64,000 nt of DNA from an uncultured Thermoleophilia bacterium (lineage in GTDB: Bacteria > Actinomycetota > Thermoleophilia > UBA2241), in NCBI GenBank assembly GCA_963707855.1, contig CAVPRQ010000020.1:41940-105939 (forward strand), written 5' to 3'. Both the position numbers and the translations under genes were made by a program. Below, in pieces: positions 31,050-41,463 of this stretch. Every line of letters starts with the position of its first letter. Positions within the stretch are counted from its first letter, which is position 1. The notes under the pieces were generated by a model. The model saw nothing but the letters and a program-made list of their open reading frames with translations. It did not search any database and was not told the origin of the DNA.

Positions 31050-31379
31050 TCAGACCAGGACCGCCCCGACCAGGACCATGTACAGGGCGGTCCCGCCGAG
31101 GATGCTGAGCACGGCGTTCCGCCGCCACAGGTGCAGGGCCACGGTGGCCGCAAGCGCGATGCCCTCAGCCAGCCCGTGCGGCGCCTCGACCAGCGAGACC
31201 CCACGCAGCGTGTACACGGCGAGGATGATCATGATGCCGGCCGGCATGTGTCTGCTCAGGAACCCGACCACCGGCGAACCGCGCAGCGGCTTGAGTGCGG
31301 CGAACGGTAGCGACCTCAGAGCGAACGTGACCGCGAACATGGTCAGCGAGGCGGCCGCCAGGTAGGCAGTCTCAGGCAT
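31050..31379 (-). CDS. azlD: branched-chain amino acid exporter small subunit AzlD
   Basis: 109-aa hydrophobic ORF: ..MFAVTFALRSLPFAAL..VALHLWRRNAVLSILGGTALYMVL.. The stop abuts the ilvN stop. Confidence 0.8.
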   Translation of the reverse strand: MPETAYLAAASLTMFAVTFALRSLPFAALKPLRGSPVVGFLSRHMPAGIMIILAVYTLRGVSLVEAPHGLAEGIALAATVALHLWRRNAVLSILGGTALYMVLVGAVLV

Positions 31380-32101
31380 CGGCGGACTCGCGTTCCGGCC
31401 GCAGCAGCAGTCGACAGATGAGCGTGATCACGAACAGGCTCATGGCCGCGATCAGCATCTGGCCCGGGACGACAGCGAGGGCGACCAGCGCGCAGAGGAA
31501 CGCCAGCACCGGTCCGGCGATGTCGCGCTCCACGCGAACGGCGTCCATGGCGAGTACGACGAACAGGGCCGTCAGGGTGAAGCCAAGACCCGTGAGGTCG
31601 ATGCTCAGCAGGCGGCCCGCGAGCGCGCCGACGACGCTGCCGGACACCCAGTACGACTGGCAGAAGGCTTGCAGCCACAGGATGCGAGCACCGCTCAGCG
31701 TCTCGGCCGGTCTGGATGCCGTGAGCGCGTACGATTCGTCGGTGAGCGCGTACATGCTGTAGAGACGCGCCCACCTGCCGCGCACGCGGTGAAGCGGGAA
31801 CGAGAGCGCGTAGAAGACGTGCCTGAAGTTGATCAGCAGGGTGGTCAGCGCGAGCTGCGCGAGGGGCGTGACGGCGACGAGGAGTCCGACGGCGAGGAAC
31901 TCCATGGAGCCGGCGTACACGGTGACGCCGAGGACGAACGCCCACCACCAGGCGAGGCCGGACTGCACGACGAGCAGCCCGAAGGCGACGCCCAGCGGGA
32001 ACATGCCGACGCCCACCGAGATGGTGTCGACGAAGGCGGCGGACGAAGGCGCCGCGCGGTGGCTCGGCGGCTTCCACGGCCTGGCGCTGCGCGGCGGTCA
32101 T
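31372..32101 (-). CDS. azlC: branched-chain amino acid exporter AzlC, frameshifted near 32045
   Basis: MTAAQRQAVEAAEPPRGA (frame of ORF 31343..32101), then SSAAFVDTISVGVGMFPLGVAFGLLV..YAGSMEFLAVGLL..INFRHVFYALSF..YALTDESYAL.. It overlaps the azlD start by 8 nt. Confidence 0.8.
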
Positions 32102-32418
32102 GACGGGATCTACAGGCCGCCGACGCCGGCGGTGGCCCGTCTCACAGCTGCGACCGCGGCGTCGGCCTCGTCGCTCTCGGCCTTGGATCGCGCCCAGTCC
32201 TCAGGCAACAGCCGCGCCTGGCCGTCCCGCACCTGGCCGGGCCGCGAGCCGGAGCTGGCGCGGGCCTCCTCGTGATGCACTCCCGGCTGGGTCTTGCGCA
32301 GCCATCCGCGATGGTCGCCGACGCGAGACTCGAGTGCCGTGCGTCGGCGAGCGCTGGAGGGGGAATCACCCGGTCCACAAGTACCTTGTGACGTGAAGGT
32401 TCCCGAAGGAGGTGCGGC

Positions 32419-32838
32419 ATGGCCACCCAGGCAGTCCGTGGATCGGGTACGCAGGAAGACCCGTGGCTGTTGAGGACCCCCAGCGGGTCATCGGAGTTCC
32501 AGATGCATCGCGACGAACAGGCCGAGCCCCCGGCGCTCGTTTGCCGGGTGGGGAAGACCGAGCTCCGGTACCGGCTGCGCTGCATCGAGGACCTGCACGC
32601 GATGCTGAAGTCGCATGGCGACTGGATGCCGCTCGGCAGCGCCGACGAACAGAAGCCGGCCGCGGACGGCACGGTCGAGGCTTGGGGCCGGGCGCCGGAC
32701 AACCCGGTCGGCGGGTGGTACGGCTTGAAGAAGGGCCTGCGCGGGAGGTTCGCGATGTACGTGCCGCCACTGCTCGAGGCGCTCGGGCTGGCGGAAGTGG
32801 AGCACAATCCGAGGAACAACCGCATGCGGGCGCTTTGA
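32419..32838 (+). CDS. conserved hypothetical protein (actinobacterial DUF-type, possibly DUF6855)
   Basis: ATG follows GAAGGAGG. ..GTQEDPWLLRTPSGSSEFQMHRDE..LVCRVGKTELRYRLRCIEDLHAMLKSHGDWMPLGSADEQKPAADGTVEAWGRAPDNPVGGWYGLKKGLRGRFAMYVPPLLEALGLAEVEHNPRNNRMRA. The family name is from memory only. Confidence 0.6.
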   Translation: MATQAVRGSGTQEDPWLLRTPSGSSEFQMHRDEQAEPPALVCRVGKTELRYRLRCIEDLHAMLKSHGDWMPLGSADEQKPAADGTVEAWGRAPDNPVGGWYGLKKGLRGRFAMYVPPLLEALGLAEVEHNPRNNRMRAL

Positions 32839-32893
32839 GCGCGCTCGTCAGAGAGCCGACGAAGCCGCTTCGCTGGCACCGCACCTCGGGGAC

Positions 32894-34115
32894 GTGAGCG
32901 CGGCGCCCGACAACGACGTGGTAGCGGCTCCGGGGGACGACGTCGCCCCCGAGGCCGCCGAAGAGAGCGGTCGCCGCGCCACGAACCTCGAGCTGTTCCT
33001 CGATCTCGTCTTCGTCTTCGCCGTGACCCAGGTCGCCGGCATGCTCGCCTCCGACATGAGCGCGGCCGGCTTCGGCCGCGGGTTGCTGCTGGCCTGGCTC
33101 GTGTGGTGGCTCTGGTCGCAGTTCACCTGGCTCGGCACCGCGATCGACCTGGGCGGACGGTCGGCGACGCAGTTCCTCGTGCTGGGCACGGTGCCGTTCA
33201 CCCTTCTCATGGCGGTCGCTCTGCCGGGGGCCTACGGCTCGTCCGGACTCGAGTTCGCCGGCGCCTACCTCGCCGTGAACCTGTGGGCGCTGGCGATCCA
33301 GGGCTGGGGTCTGTGGCGGCGAACCGGTCACCCGCGCGGCCTGGCTGCACTACGTGCCGCTGGCCGCCTTGGCGCCCCTGGTGCTGTTCGCCGGTGCCTT
33401 CCTGCCGGAGGGCGCGCGCGTCGCGGTGTGGTGCGCCGTCGCGGTGTTCAACGTCGCGAGCGCAGTGGCGGGAGGCAGGGGCCAGGAAGGGAAGACGGCA
33501 TGGACCATCGACCCTGGGCACTTCACCGAACGGCACGCTCTCTTCGTCATCATCTCACTGGGCGAGATCCTGGTGGCCGTCGGCGTCTCTGCGGCGGCCG
33601 CGCATCTCAGGCCGGCCGTCGGTGTCGGCCTGGTCGCCGCGGTCGCCGTGGCCTGCGTGTTCTGGTGGACCTACTTCGCCTTCGTCCCCGAGGCCGGCGA
33701 GCGTGCCTTGCGCCTCGCCCCACGGCATGACCGGGGACGCGTCGCCCGTAACCGCTTCACGTTCGGTCACTTCCCGATCGTCTTCGGCCTCGTCCTCTTC
33801 GCCGTGGTCGCCAAGCACGTCGTGGCGCACCCGACAGACTCTCCGTCAGGCAGCGACCTTGTCGTGCTGGCCGGCGCCGTCGCCTTCTTCGTCGGCGGCC
33901 TTCTGGGCCTGCAGTGGCAGGCGGTGCATCGGCTTGCGCCGGAGCGTCTCGCGGCGATCGGCGCGGTGGCCGTGCTGTGCTGGGTGGTCGGGCCGCGCAT
34001 CCCCGGTGAGGCGCTGCTCTTCGTCGTCGCCGTCATCGTCGCGATCATGCAGGCGATCACGCTGCGCCGCTACGAGCGGATGCGAGCTGAGCGAACGCTG
34101 GGCTCGACCGGCTGA
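32894..34115 (+). CDS. low-temperature-requirement protein A (LtrA) family membrane protein, frameshifted near 33325
   Basis: ..[24 protein letters not shown].. then ORF 33354..34115: ..[44 protein letters not shown].. Confidence 0.75.
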
Positions 34116-34171
34116 GCAGTGCGCGACGTCGTTGCGTCCGCGGCGCGGCCACCGACAGTCGCGGCGCTCCT

Positions 34172-34309
34172 ACCCGTGAGACTGTCCGCCAGTTCAAGGC
34201 GTGCGGGACGAAGACCGGCACGATCCTCGTCAACCTCAGCGGGCGCGGCGACAAGGACATGGACTACGTGATCGAGCACTGGGGTATCGGGGACGCCGGC
34301 CAGGCCTGA
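34172..34309 (+). pseudogene. trpB: 3'-terminal remnant of a tryptophan synthase beta-chain gene
   Basis: Frame 2 reads ..[56 protein letters not shown] is the conserved TrpB C-terminal motif. Nothing TrpB-like lies upstream, where ltrA ends at 34115. Confidence 0.6.
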
Positions 34310-34344
34310 CCAAAGGCCTTCTGGAGAAGGGAGTCGAGCCTCGC

Positions 34345-34500
34345 ATGGACGAGTCGTGGCGATTCTGCGAGTTGACGCCCGAGGACGCGGCCGCCATCGT
34401 CGGCTGGCGCTATGGCGGCCGGTACGCGTTCTACGACACGGCGGCGGACCCCGAGTTCGCGGCGGCACACTGGTGGACCGGTGAGCCGGGCGTAGACTGA
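34345..34500 (+). pseudogene. short ORF resembling the N-terminus of a GNAT acetyltransferase (truncated)
   Basis: MDESWRFCELTPEDAAAIVGWRYGGRYAFYDTAADPEF.. then a stop after 51 codons. The RxLTxxDAxxIxxWxYxxxYxFYD pattern is typical of a GNAT subfamily about 170 aa long. Confidence 0.35.
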
Positions 34501-34528
34501 CGGCTCGGGCGACGGACGAGGAGGGTAC

Positions 34529-35513
34529 ATGGCACGCTATCGCGGCGCGTTGCCACAGCTCGGCGGCGATCTGTTCCTGACGGACGGCGGCATCGAGACC
34601 AGCATGATCGTCCTGGAGGGGCTGGAGCTGCCGGAGTTCGCCGCGTTCCCGCTGCTGGCGAGCCCGGAGGGAGAGGCGGCGCTGCGCCGCTACTTCCGCT
34701 CGTACGCCGAGATCGCGCGGCGCTACGGCGTCGGCCTCATCCTTGAGAGCGCGACGTGGCGCGCCAGCGCCGACTGGGGAGCGCGGCTGGGTCTCACGCC
34801 CGCCGCGCTGGCGGGCGCGAACCGCGAGGCGATGAGTCTCCTGGAGAGCGTGCGCGACGAGTCCGAGACCGAGGCGACGAAGATCGTCATCAGCGGTTGC
34901 CTGGGCCCGCGGCACGACGGCTACGACCCCGCCGACGCGATGACCGCGGACGAGGCGGACGGCGTATCACGGCGCGCAGATCGAGACCTTCGCCGACACC
35001 GCCGCCGACATGGTCGCCGCCCTGACGCTGACGTACGCCGCGGAGGCGGTGGGCATCGTCAGGGCGGCGGAACGGGCGGCGTTGCCAGTGGCGATCTCCT
35101 TCACCGTCGAGACCGACGGTCGCCTCGCGTCCGGGCAGTCGCTCCCGGAGGCGGTCGAGGCCGTCGACGAGGCGACCTCGGCCTACGCGAGCTACTTCAT
35201 GATCAACTGCGCGCACCCGTCGCACTTCGCGTCCGCCCTCGTGGCCGGCGAGCCGTCGGTCGGAAGGATCCGCGGTCTGCGCGCCAACGCCTCGCGCCTG
35301 AGCCACGCCGAACTCGAGGCGGCGCCCGCGCCCGACGCGGGCGACCCCGAGGAGCTCGGACGCGAGTACGCGGCGCTCAAGCGGCGGCTGCCGCAGCTCA
35401 ACGTCTTCGGCGGGTGCTGCGGCACCGACCACCGCCACCTCGAGCACATCGCCGCGGCCTGCGCGCCGCTGTTCCGGGCAGGCGTCGTGAGCGGCGCTCG
35501 AGGCGCGGCGTGA
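34529..35513 (+). CDS. homocysteine S-methyltransferase family protein, frameshifted near 34960
   Basis: MARYRGALPQLGGDLFLTDGGIETSMIV..ILESATWRAS..ISGCLGPRHDGY.. then ORF 35010..35513: ..AISFTVETDGRL..YFMINCAHPSHF..NVFGGCCGTDHRHL.. (Zn-binding GGCCG motif). Confidence 0.8.
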
Positions 35514-35983
35514 AGCGGCTGCTCGCGGACGGCGCGTTCCTCGTCGCTGCAGGACTTGTCGCGGTGTCCTTCCTGGCGGGGTCGGGCTGTGAGTCCTCCG
35601 ACCGATGAGGCTCAGCCCGGCTCCGGGTCCGCGACCTCACCCGTTGTCAAAGGCGACGCCGTGCTGGCGCTCGCCTTCGAGGAGCACGCGAACGACCTCA
35701 GGTCGAGGGTCAGGGGACCGTCGTGAGGATCCTGGCCGACGACACGGAGGGCGGCAGGCATCAGCGGTTCATCGTCCGTCTCGCCTCCGGGCAGACACTC
35801 CTCGTCGCGCACAACATCGATGTCGCCCCACGGGTCGAGGACCTGCGCGAGGGCGACACTGTCGCGTTCCGAGGCGTCTACGAGTGGAGCGACGAGGGCG
35901 GCACCATCCACTGGACGCATCGCGACCCGAACGGTGTGCACGCGCCGGGCTGGATCCTGCACGGGGGCCGGACATACGAGTGA
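35510..35983 (+). CDS. DUF3465-family lipoprotein, two frameshifts (about 35592 and 35700)
   Basis: GTG 35510 overlaps the preceding stop. The signal peptide with lipobox is VKRLLADGAFLVAAGLVAVSFLAGSGC, the linker is in another frame, and then ..QVEGQGTVVRILADDTEGGRHQRFIVRLASGQTLLVAHNIDVAPRV..YEWSDEGGTIHWTHRDPNGVHAPGWI.. Confidence 0.65.
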
Positions 35984-36108
35984 CGCAGGCACGGGGCGGA
36001 TTCAACTTCCGGGCTGCGCCTGCCGACTTAGTACTATGACGGTCGACTTCGTCAAGACGGATCGTCGCTGCCCGAATCCGAGCTGCGTCGCTGCTCGCTG
36101 CCGCGCGC

Positions 36109-36652
36109 ATGGGAGCGACATGGGCGTGGAAGCCCATCTACCGCGAGCTGGCGCCAGTCGTCCTCCGCTACCTGCGCGCGAGCGGGGCGCGCGAGCCCGA
36201 GGACCTCCTCGGCGAGGTCTTCGTGCAGGTCGTGCGGAACCTCGCCGACTTCTCGGGCGGCGCGTCGGGAGATGCGCGCCTGGGTCCTGACCATCGCCCA
36301 CAGCCGTCTGGTCGACGAGTGGCGCCACGCGAGCCGGCGCCCCTGCGAGCTCCTTCCCGACGAGGCCCTCGCCGTCGTCGGCGGGACGGGGGACGTCGAG
36401 GAGGAGGCCCTGCAGCGGCTCTCCGACGACCGTGTGCTGACCATCGTCGGCCGCCTGTCGCCGGCGCAACGTGACGTCCTCTTCCTGCGTCTCTTCGCCG
36501 ACCTCACGGTCGACGAGGTGGCGCGGGTCGTCGGCCGGCGTCCGGGCGCAGTCAAGGCGCTCCAGGTGCGAGCTCTCGGCGCCATCCGGCGAGAACTTTC
36601 GCGTGAGGCCGTATCCCTTTCGGAGCCTGCGACGGTTGTACAGGCGAGATGA
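36109..36652 (+). CDS. ECF-type sigma-70 family sigma factor, frameshifted near 36265; start uncertain (possibly 36036)
   Basis: ..IYRELAPVVLRYLRASGAREPEDLLGEVFVQVVRNL.. (region 2), then ORF 36272..36652: ..RAWVLTIAHSRLVDEWR.. and ..LSPAQRDVLFLRLFADLTVDEVARVVGRRPGAVKALQVRALGAIR.. (region 4). Confidence 0.8.
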
Positions 36653-37467
36653 GACGGCCATCCGACATCGATGACGTGGACGTCGAGCGGCTGTTCGCCG
36701 GCGAGGCACCGAGCGACGACGCGCGAGCTGGGCGATCTCGCCCGCTTCTTCGCCGGTCTGGAGGGAGCGTGTCCGAAGGTCTCCACGGAGTCCTGCGAAG
36801 CGGCCCACGTCGCCGCAATGGTCGAGGCTGCGGAGCGCCTCTCGGCGGACGTCGGACCGGCCGTGAGGCCGGCGAGCGAGGCCCGCGGCCTGATGAGTCT
36901 CGCCCGCGGTCCGCGGGCTCCGGGGCGTGGAAGCGCATGACGCGCGGCTTCCCGGCCTCAAGGCTCGCCCGCGCGGCGGCCATCGCCGCCATGCTCGCGC
37001 TGGTCTTCGGCGGCGTGGCCTTCGCCGGCGCCCTGCCGCGCCCGCTGCAGAACGCCGTCGCCGGCGCCGCCCAGCACGTCGGCATCGACCTTCCTCGGGG
37101 CGACGACGGCAACGTCGACGGCGCTGCCGCCGATGCCGCCGCCGCCGATGCGCCGCCGGCGACGCGGCCGCAGACGCTGCGGCGACCGGCGACTCTCATG
37201 ACGGCGACCAGGGCAAGCACGTGGGGGCGACCGCCACGGCGACTGGGGCCGGCATGTCGGGGCGACCGCCGACGACGACCATCGCAAGAACGCCGACGCG
37301 GGCGCCGCTGCGCGTGGCCAGCGGCGGCGCTCAGGGCCGCGGGCGCAAAGACGACGACGGCGACCGGGGCCACACGGTGAACAAGGCCCATGATGACGAG
37401 CACGGTCAGAAGGCGAACCATGCCGCCGATGACGAGCAGAGTCAGAGGCGAAGCAAGCCGTCAGTGA
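36649..37467 (+). CDS. putative anti-sigma / membrane protein following the ECF sigma; several frame breaks; 3' end uncertain
   Basis: ATG 36649 overlaps the sigma stop (ATGA). ..DVERLFAGEAPSDD / ARELGDLARFFAGLEGA..AAHVAAMVEAAE.. / TM helix ..LARAAAIAAMLALVFGGVAFAGAL.. and then an Asp/His/Gly-rich tail. The end lies somewhere in 37380-37530. Confidence 0.45.
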
Positions 37468-37540
37468 CAAGCGGAGCAACGGGGCGAACAAAGGCAACGA
37501 TAGGACGACGCAGGGACCGAACCGGGATAGGACCCGAGGA

Positions 37541-37579
37541 GCCGGCGCCCGCCCCTCATACAGAGGGGCGGGCGCCGGC
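37541..37579 (+). terminator. 17-bp perfect GC-rich hairpin
   Basis: GCCGGCGCCCGCCCCTC-ATACA-GAGGGGCGGGCGCCGGC. Confidence 0.55.
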
Positions 37580-37770
37580 CGTTGTCGACCCGGCCCAGAG
37601 CCACGCGGGGCATCGAGCGCCCTCACGGCGAGTCCCCGGGCCGGAGCATCGCAGGGGACGTCGCTATGAGGTACGCGAACCGGCGGCCGCTAGAATGGTG
37701 CCACCAGCGCGAAGGCGCGGATGGGGCAGGCGAGGATCGCCACCAGGATGGGGCAGGGAGCGAGGTGCGC

Positions 37771-37881
37771 ATGAGCGACGAACAGGCCGATCGGCTCATC
37801 GAGCTCGTCGAGAGGTTGGCGGACAGGCTCGACGAGGTCGCCTGCAAGCTGGACACGATCGTCTCGAACACGGCGGGCTGA
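37771..37881 (+). CDS. possible 36-aa helical peptide
   Basis: ATG 37771 follows GGGAGCGAGG. MSDEQADRLIELVERLADRLDEVACKLDTIVSNTAG. The stop lies 1 nt before the next gene's GTG. Confidence 0.35.
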   Translation: MSDEQADRLIELVERLADRLDEVACKLDTIVSNTAG

Positions 37882-37882
37882 C

Positions 37883-38315
37883 GTGTTCTGTCCGCGGTGC
37901 GGCGCCGAGTATCGGCCGGGCCACACGAAGTGCTCCGACTGCATGGTCCCGTTGGTCGAGGCGGAGCTCGCGCTGGACGATGAGCTGGGGGAAGAAGACA
38001 CGAGGACACGTCGCTCCCCCGGCACCGAACCATCAGTGACCGGGGTTGACGGCGGCTTCTCGCGCGAGCCCATCCAGCTCGTCACGGTGTTCACGTCGGT
38101 GAACCTCGCACAGACGGGGCTTGTCAGGGCGACGTTGGAGTCTGCCGGCATCCCCTTCCTCACGCGAGGTGTGGGTGCGCTCGGCCTCGGGGACGGCTTC
38201 GGCCTGCCCCCCCCGGGCGGAGACCGGCGTCCCTGGCCCCGTCGAGTTCCAGGTCCGGAGGCAGGATGCGGCTGAGGCCAGCGATTTGCTCGAGGGCCTC
38301 GCCACAGACCGGTAG
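37883..38315 (+). CDS. Zn-ribbon plus DUF2007-like (putative signal-transducing) protein, frameshifted near 38222
   Basis: MFCPRCGAEYRPGHTKCSDCMVPLVE.. then ..LVTVFTSVNLAQTGLVRATLESAGIPFLTRG.. It continues in ORF 38121..38315: ..GPVEFQVRRQDAAEASDLLEGL.. Confidence 0.6.
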
Positions 38316-38404
38316 AGGGCTGAGGACGATGCGCCCTTTCCCGGCGCCGCCGTCCTGCTGGTCTGAACGACGGTACGCCTGCCCAGAGGGGGGTCTCTGA
38401 CGCG

Positions 38405-38868
38405 ATGGACCACGAGCTCCACACGACGCTCGAGCTGCCCCTCCCCATCGACGCGGTGTTCCCGTTCTTCGCCGAGGCGGGCAACCTGCAGCGCATCACG
38501 CCGCCGGAGCTTCACTTCGAGATCCTCACGCCGCTGCCCTGTGGAGATGCGGCACGGCACGCTGCTCGAGTACCGCCTCGGCCTCTTCGGCGTGCCTTTC
38601 CGCTGGCGGACGAGGATCGCCGCCTGGGACCCTCCGCACGGCTTCATCGACGTGCAGCTCAGCGGGCCGTACGCCGTCTGGGAGCACACGCACGTCTTCG
38701 TGCCGACTGAGACCGGCACCGCTGATCGACGACCACGTGCGCTATCGGTTGCCGCTGTCGCCGATCGGGTGACGTCGCCTCCCGGTCGTGCGGCGCCAGC
38801 TCACGCGCATCTTCGCGTACCGGCAGGATGCGGTCCGGGAGGCGCTGCTCGGCGGCCGATCGGGGTAG
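38405..38868 (+). pseudogene. SRPBCC-superfamily (COG4276-like) protein with two frameshifts and an in-frame TGA (38770-38772)
   Basis: [45 protein letters not shown] / [52 protein letters not shown] / [40 protein letters not shown].. Confidence 0.6.
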
Positions 38869-38877
38869 GAACAGCGC

Positions 38878-39391
38878 ATGGCGCTCCCCTCCTTCGACCG
38901 CGTCGACACCGCCCTCACGGGCTGGATGGCGCGCTACGGTGTCACCTGCTGCGCCTTAGCCTCGGCGTCGTCTTCCTCTGGTTCGGCTTCCTCAAGTTCT
39001 TCCCGGACCTGAGCCCCGCGCAGAGCCTCGCCGGCGACACGATCGAGAAGCTCACCTTCGGTGTCGTCTCCGCGGACACGGCGGTCATCATCCTTGCCGC
39101 GTGGGAGTGCCTGATCGGCCTGGGTCTTCTCCTCGGCGTCTGGTTGCGCGCCACGCTCCTGCTGCTCTGGCTGCAGATGGCCGGCACGATCACGCCGCTC
39201 TTCCTCTTCCCGGACGCCTGCTTCACCCACGTGCCGTACGCGCCCACGCTCGAGGGCCAGTACATCATCAAGAACATCGTGCTGATCAGCGCCGGCATCG
39301 TGATCGGCGCCACCGTGCGCGGCGGGCGGCTGCGCGCGAGAGGGACGCGGACGGCGACGCGCCACCACCGCTCTCGCAGGATCACCCATGA
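38878..39391 (+). CDS. DoxX/DUF417-like membrane protein, frameshifted near 38942; 3' end uncertain
   Basis: MALPSFDRVDTALTGWMARYGV, then ..LLRLSLGVVFLWFGFLKFFPDLSPAQSLAGDTIEKL..ILAAWECLIGLGLLLGVWLR..APTLEGQYIIKNIVLISAGIVIG.. Confidence 0.6.
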
Positions 39392-39524
39392 ACTCGCGGC
39401 GGCTCGGCGGGACCGACGTCGAGGTGTCGCCCGCCAGAGCATGGCCGCTGTGAAGCTTCGCCCGACAGCCGCGGAACTCGCGCGGCTCGACGAGATCTGG
39501 GCTCAAGCCGCCCGTCGCCCGTGA
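39388..39524 (+). pseudogene. aldo/keto reductase remnant (N-terminal about 15 aa joined to C-terminal about 25 aa)
   Basis: MNSRRLGGTDVEVSP.. is a typical AKR start. ..AAVKLRPTAAELARLDEIWAQA.. is a typical AKR end in an adjacent frame. About 300 codons of the family are missing between them. Confidence 0.45.
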
Positions 39525-39527
39525 CCG

Positions 39528-40716
39528 TCAGTACCCGGCCGCCTCGCGGATCCTCTCTCGGTACCACTTCTGGTAGGCCAGCCAGTCCTTGAGGCCCTGC
39601 ATGTCGCCCTGCCGCGCGGCCGCTCGAGCCGCTCGAAGTCGCGCACGTCTTGGCGTCGGGGAGATCCATTCGTCCGCGCCGGGGTCCGACGGCCAGCGGC
39701 GCGATATCAGGTCATACAGCCTGGTCGACGCCGCCTCCGCGGCGACGATGCGGTCGCGGTCGCCGCATCGGCGGCAGCCACCCACTCGCGCCACCACGCC
39801 GCCCAGGCGTAGTCGACGGCGGCCGGTAGCCGTCACCCTTCATGCGCCAGTCGTTCGACGGTGGCCAGTCACGCCCTCGGCTACTGCGGCAAGCCGATCA
39901 TCCCGAGGACCGAGCGTATTCCGCCCCGCTCGGAGCCGGGGATCCGCAGTGCGTTGAGCTCGTCGACGGAGAGACCGTCAGGGATATCCCCGATCCACCC
40001 GACGTCGTACTTGGTGCCCTGGTAGACCTCTGGCCGTGCCGCATAGTGCCTGGGTCTCGCCCATCCCGTGAAGGCGCTCAGGGGCTCGAAGCGGCCGTGA
40101 CGTGCGGCGGCGATGGCGGCGTCGAGCTCGTCGAGGATGCTCTGGTCGTAGCCCCCGGCCTCATTCTCGCTCATACCTTCGCGAATCGGCTCCATGACGG
40201 CGCGGAGGCGTCTCAGCCACGTCTCGGCCGCGGCGGCGCGCTGCAGGGTCGCGGGTCCTTCGCCGCTGCGATCCACTCCTGCGCCCAGCGGCCGATCGCC
40301 TGCTCGATGGTGTCCATCGCGCCCCAGGCGGCTCCATAGCCGCCCATGCTCGCGTCGTCCCACGGCCGCTCGAACTCATGCCAGCTCACGCCCGCAGGCA
40401 GCTCGAGCTTCTCTCGTCCACGTCGTCGTACTCGTCGCGAGCCCGCTCCCACGTCACCTGGTCGGTGTGGTCCGACGTAGCGGCAAGGATTGGCAGTCCG
40501 TACTCCGCTCCGTAGGCCGCGCCGCCGATGAGGACGAAGGCGGCGCCGGACAAGAGCGACCCAACGGAACCTGCTCCCGCGGCGTCGCGGGCAGAGGTCG
40601 CGCGGCGGCGTCGCGAAGAGTCGGCGAGCAGGCGCTCGTCGTCTGTCGGCGGTGGCCTCGGGCATGGCCGTCGCCGGGTCGATTGCGGCGAGGCGGTCAA
40701 GGATGTCAGCACTCAT
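39528..40716 (-). CDS. hypothetical protein downstream of ECF sigma 2 (anti-sigma-like position), at least three frame breaks
   Basis: ATG 40716 follows GGGAGG and overlaps the sigma stop. MSADILDRLAAIDPATAMPEATADDERLL.. / TM-like ..VGSLLSGAAFVLIGGAAYG.. / ..LPAGVSWHEFERPWDDASMGGYGAAWGAMDTIEQAIGRWAQEWIAAA.. / ..YDQSILDELDAAIAAARHGRFEPL..YDVGWIGDIPDGLSVDELNAL.. / ..LKDWLAYQKWYRERIREAAGY. Pieces come from four ORF-track frames. Confidence 0.45.
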
Positions 40717-41261
40717 CGAGGAGCCTCCCGTGTGCGTCGGCGGTAAGAGGGGAGCGCGGGTCCGCGGAGACTCGCTCGAGCGCCGCGGCAAGCCGTTTGC
40801 GGGCGCGGAACAGGCGCACGCCGGCGGCCGTCTTCGAGCAGCCGAGCGTCGTCGCCAGGCCCGCGCGGTCGAGGCGTTCCCACGCGGCGAGGAGCAGGAT
40901 CTCGCGATCGCGCTCCGTCAGGCGCCGCAAGGGCGCGCCGCAGACCTCGGCGCGCGCCTCGACGGCGTCGGCGAAAGGCGGCACGACGTCGGCCTCGGCG
41001 CAGCGCGACTCGCGCTCGCGCCGCCGTCGATCGCCGCGCTCCTGGCTCAAGCGTACGTTGCGCGCCACGCCAGGTCAGCCACGGCAGCGGCTCGGCGGGT
41101 ACCGACTCGAGCTGCTGCCAGGCGATCGTGAACGTCTCGGCGACGACGTCGTCGGCCATCGTCGGGCCCGCGACGCCACGCATAGGCGCGCACGACCGCC
41201 TTGTGCGCGTGCGTAGAGGACGCCTGAAGCGCTCCTCTCGCTCCGCCCTCACGTCGTCCAT
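40706..41261 (-). CDS. ECF-type sigma factor 2, two frameshifts (about 41215 and 41080)
   Basis: MDDVRAEREERFRR.. / ..DDVVAETFTIAWQQLESVPAEPLPWL.. / ..LRRLTERDREILLLAAWERLDRAGLATTLGCSKTAAGVRLFRARKRLAAAL.. (region 4 HTH). Confidence 0.7.
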
Positions 41262-41463
41262 CGCCCCCCCTGTCGCTGTTGCCGAATCTACAACACAGGT
41301 GGTCGCCGACGGGCCCATGATTACACGGACGGCAACGACGAGATACTCGACCGACGTCGCTGGTCGCGCGTGACCGACCGGCGATGGCAAGACGAGCGAC
41401 GGCCGCCCGTCGCAGGAGAGGCGGCCGTCGTCCGGTCGTTACGTGTCTCGCGTCCGACTGGGA

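Noticed and set aside
37222-37280. A roughly 20-nt direct repeat (GGGGCGACCGCC[A/G]ACG.CGAC) inside the anti-sigma-like gene tail.
   Set aside because: It reflects a repetitive Gly/Asp/His-rich coding tract rather than a structured repeat element.
38770-38772. The in-frame TGA in the SRPBCC gene as selenocysteine.
   Set aside because: There is no SECIS-like hairpin immediately downstream, the family is not a known selenoprotein, and the gene also carries frameshifts.
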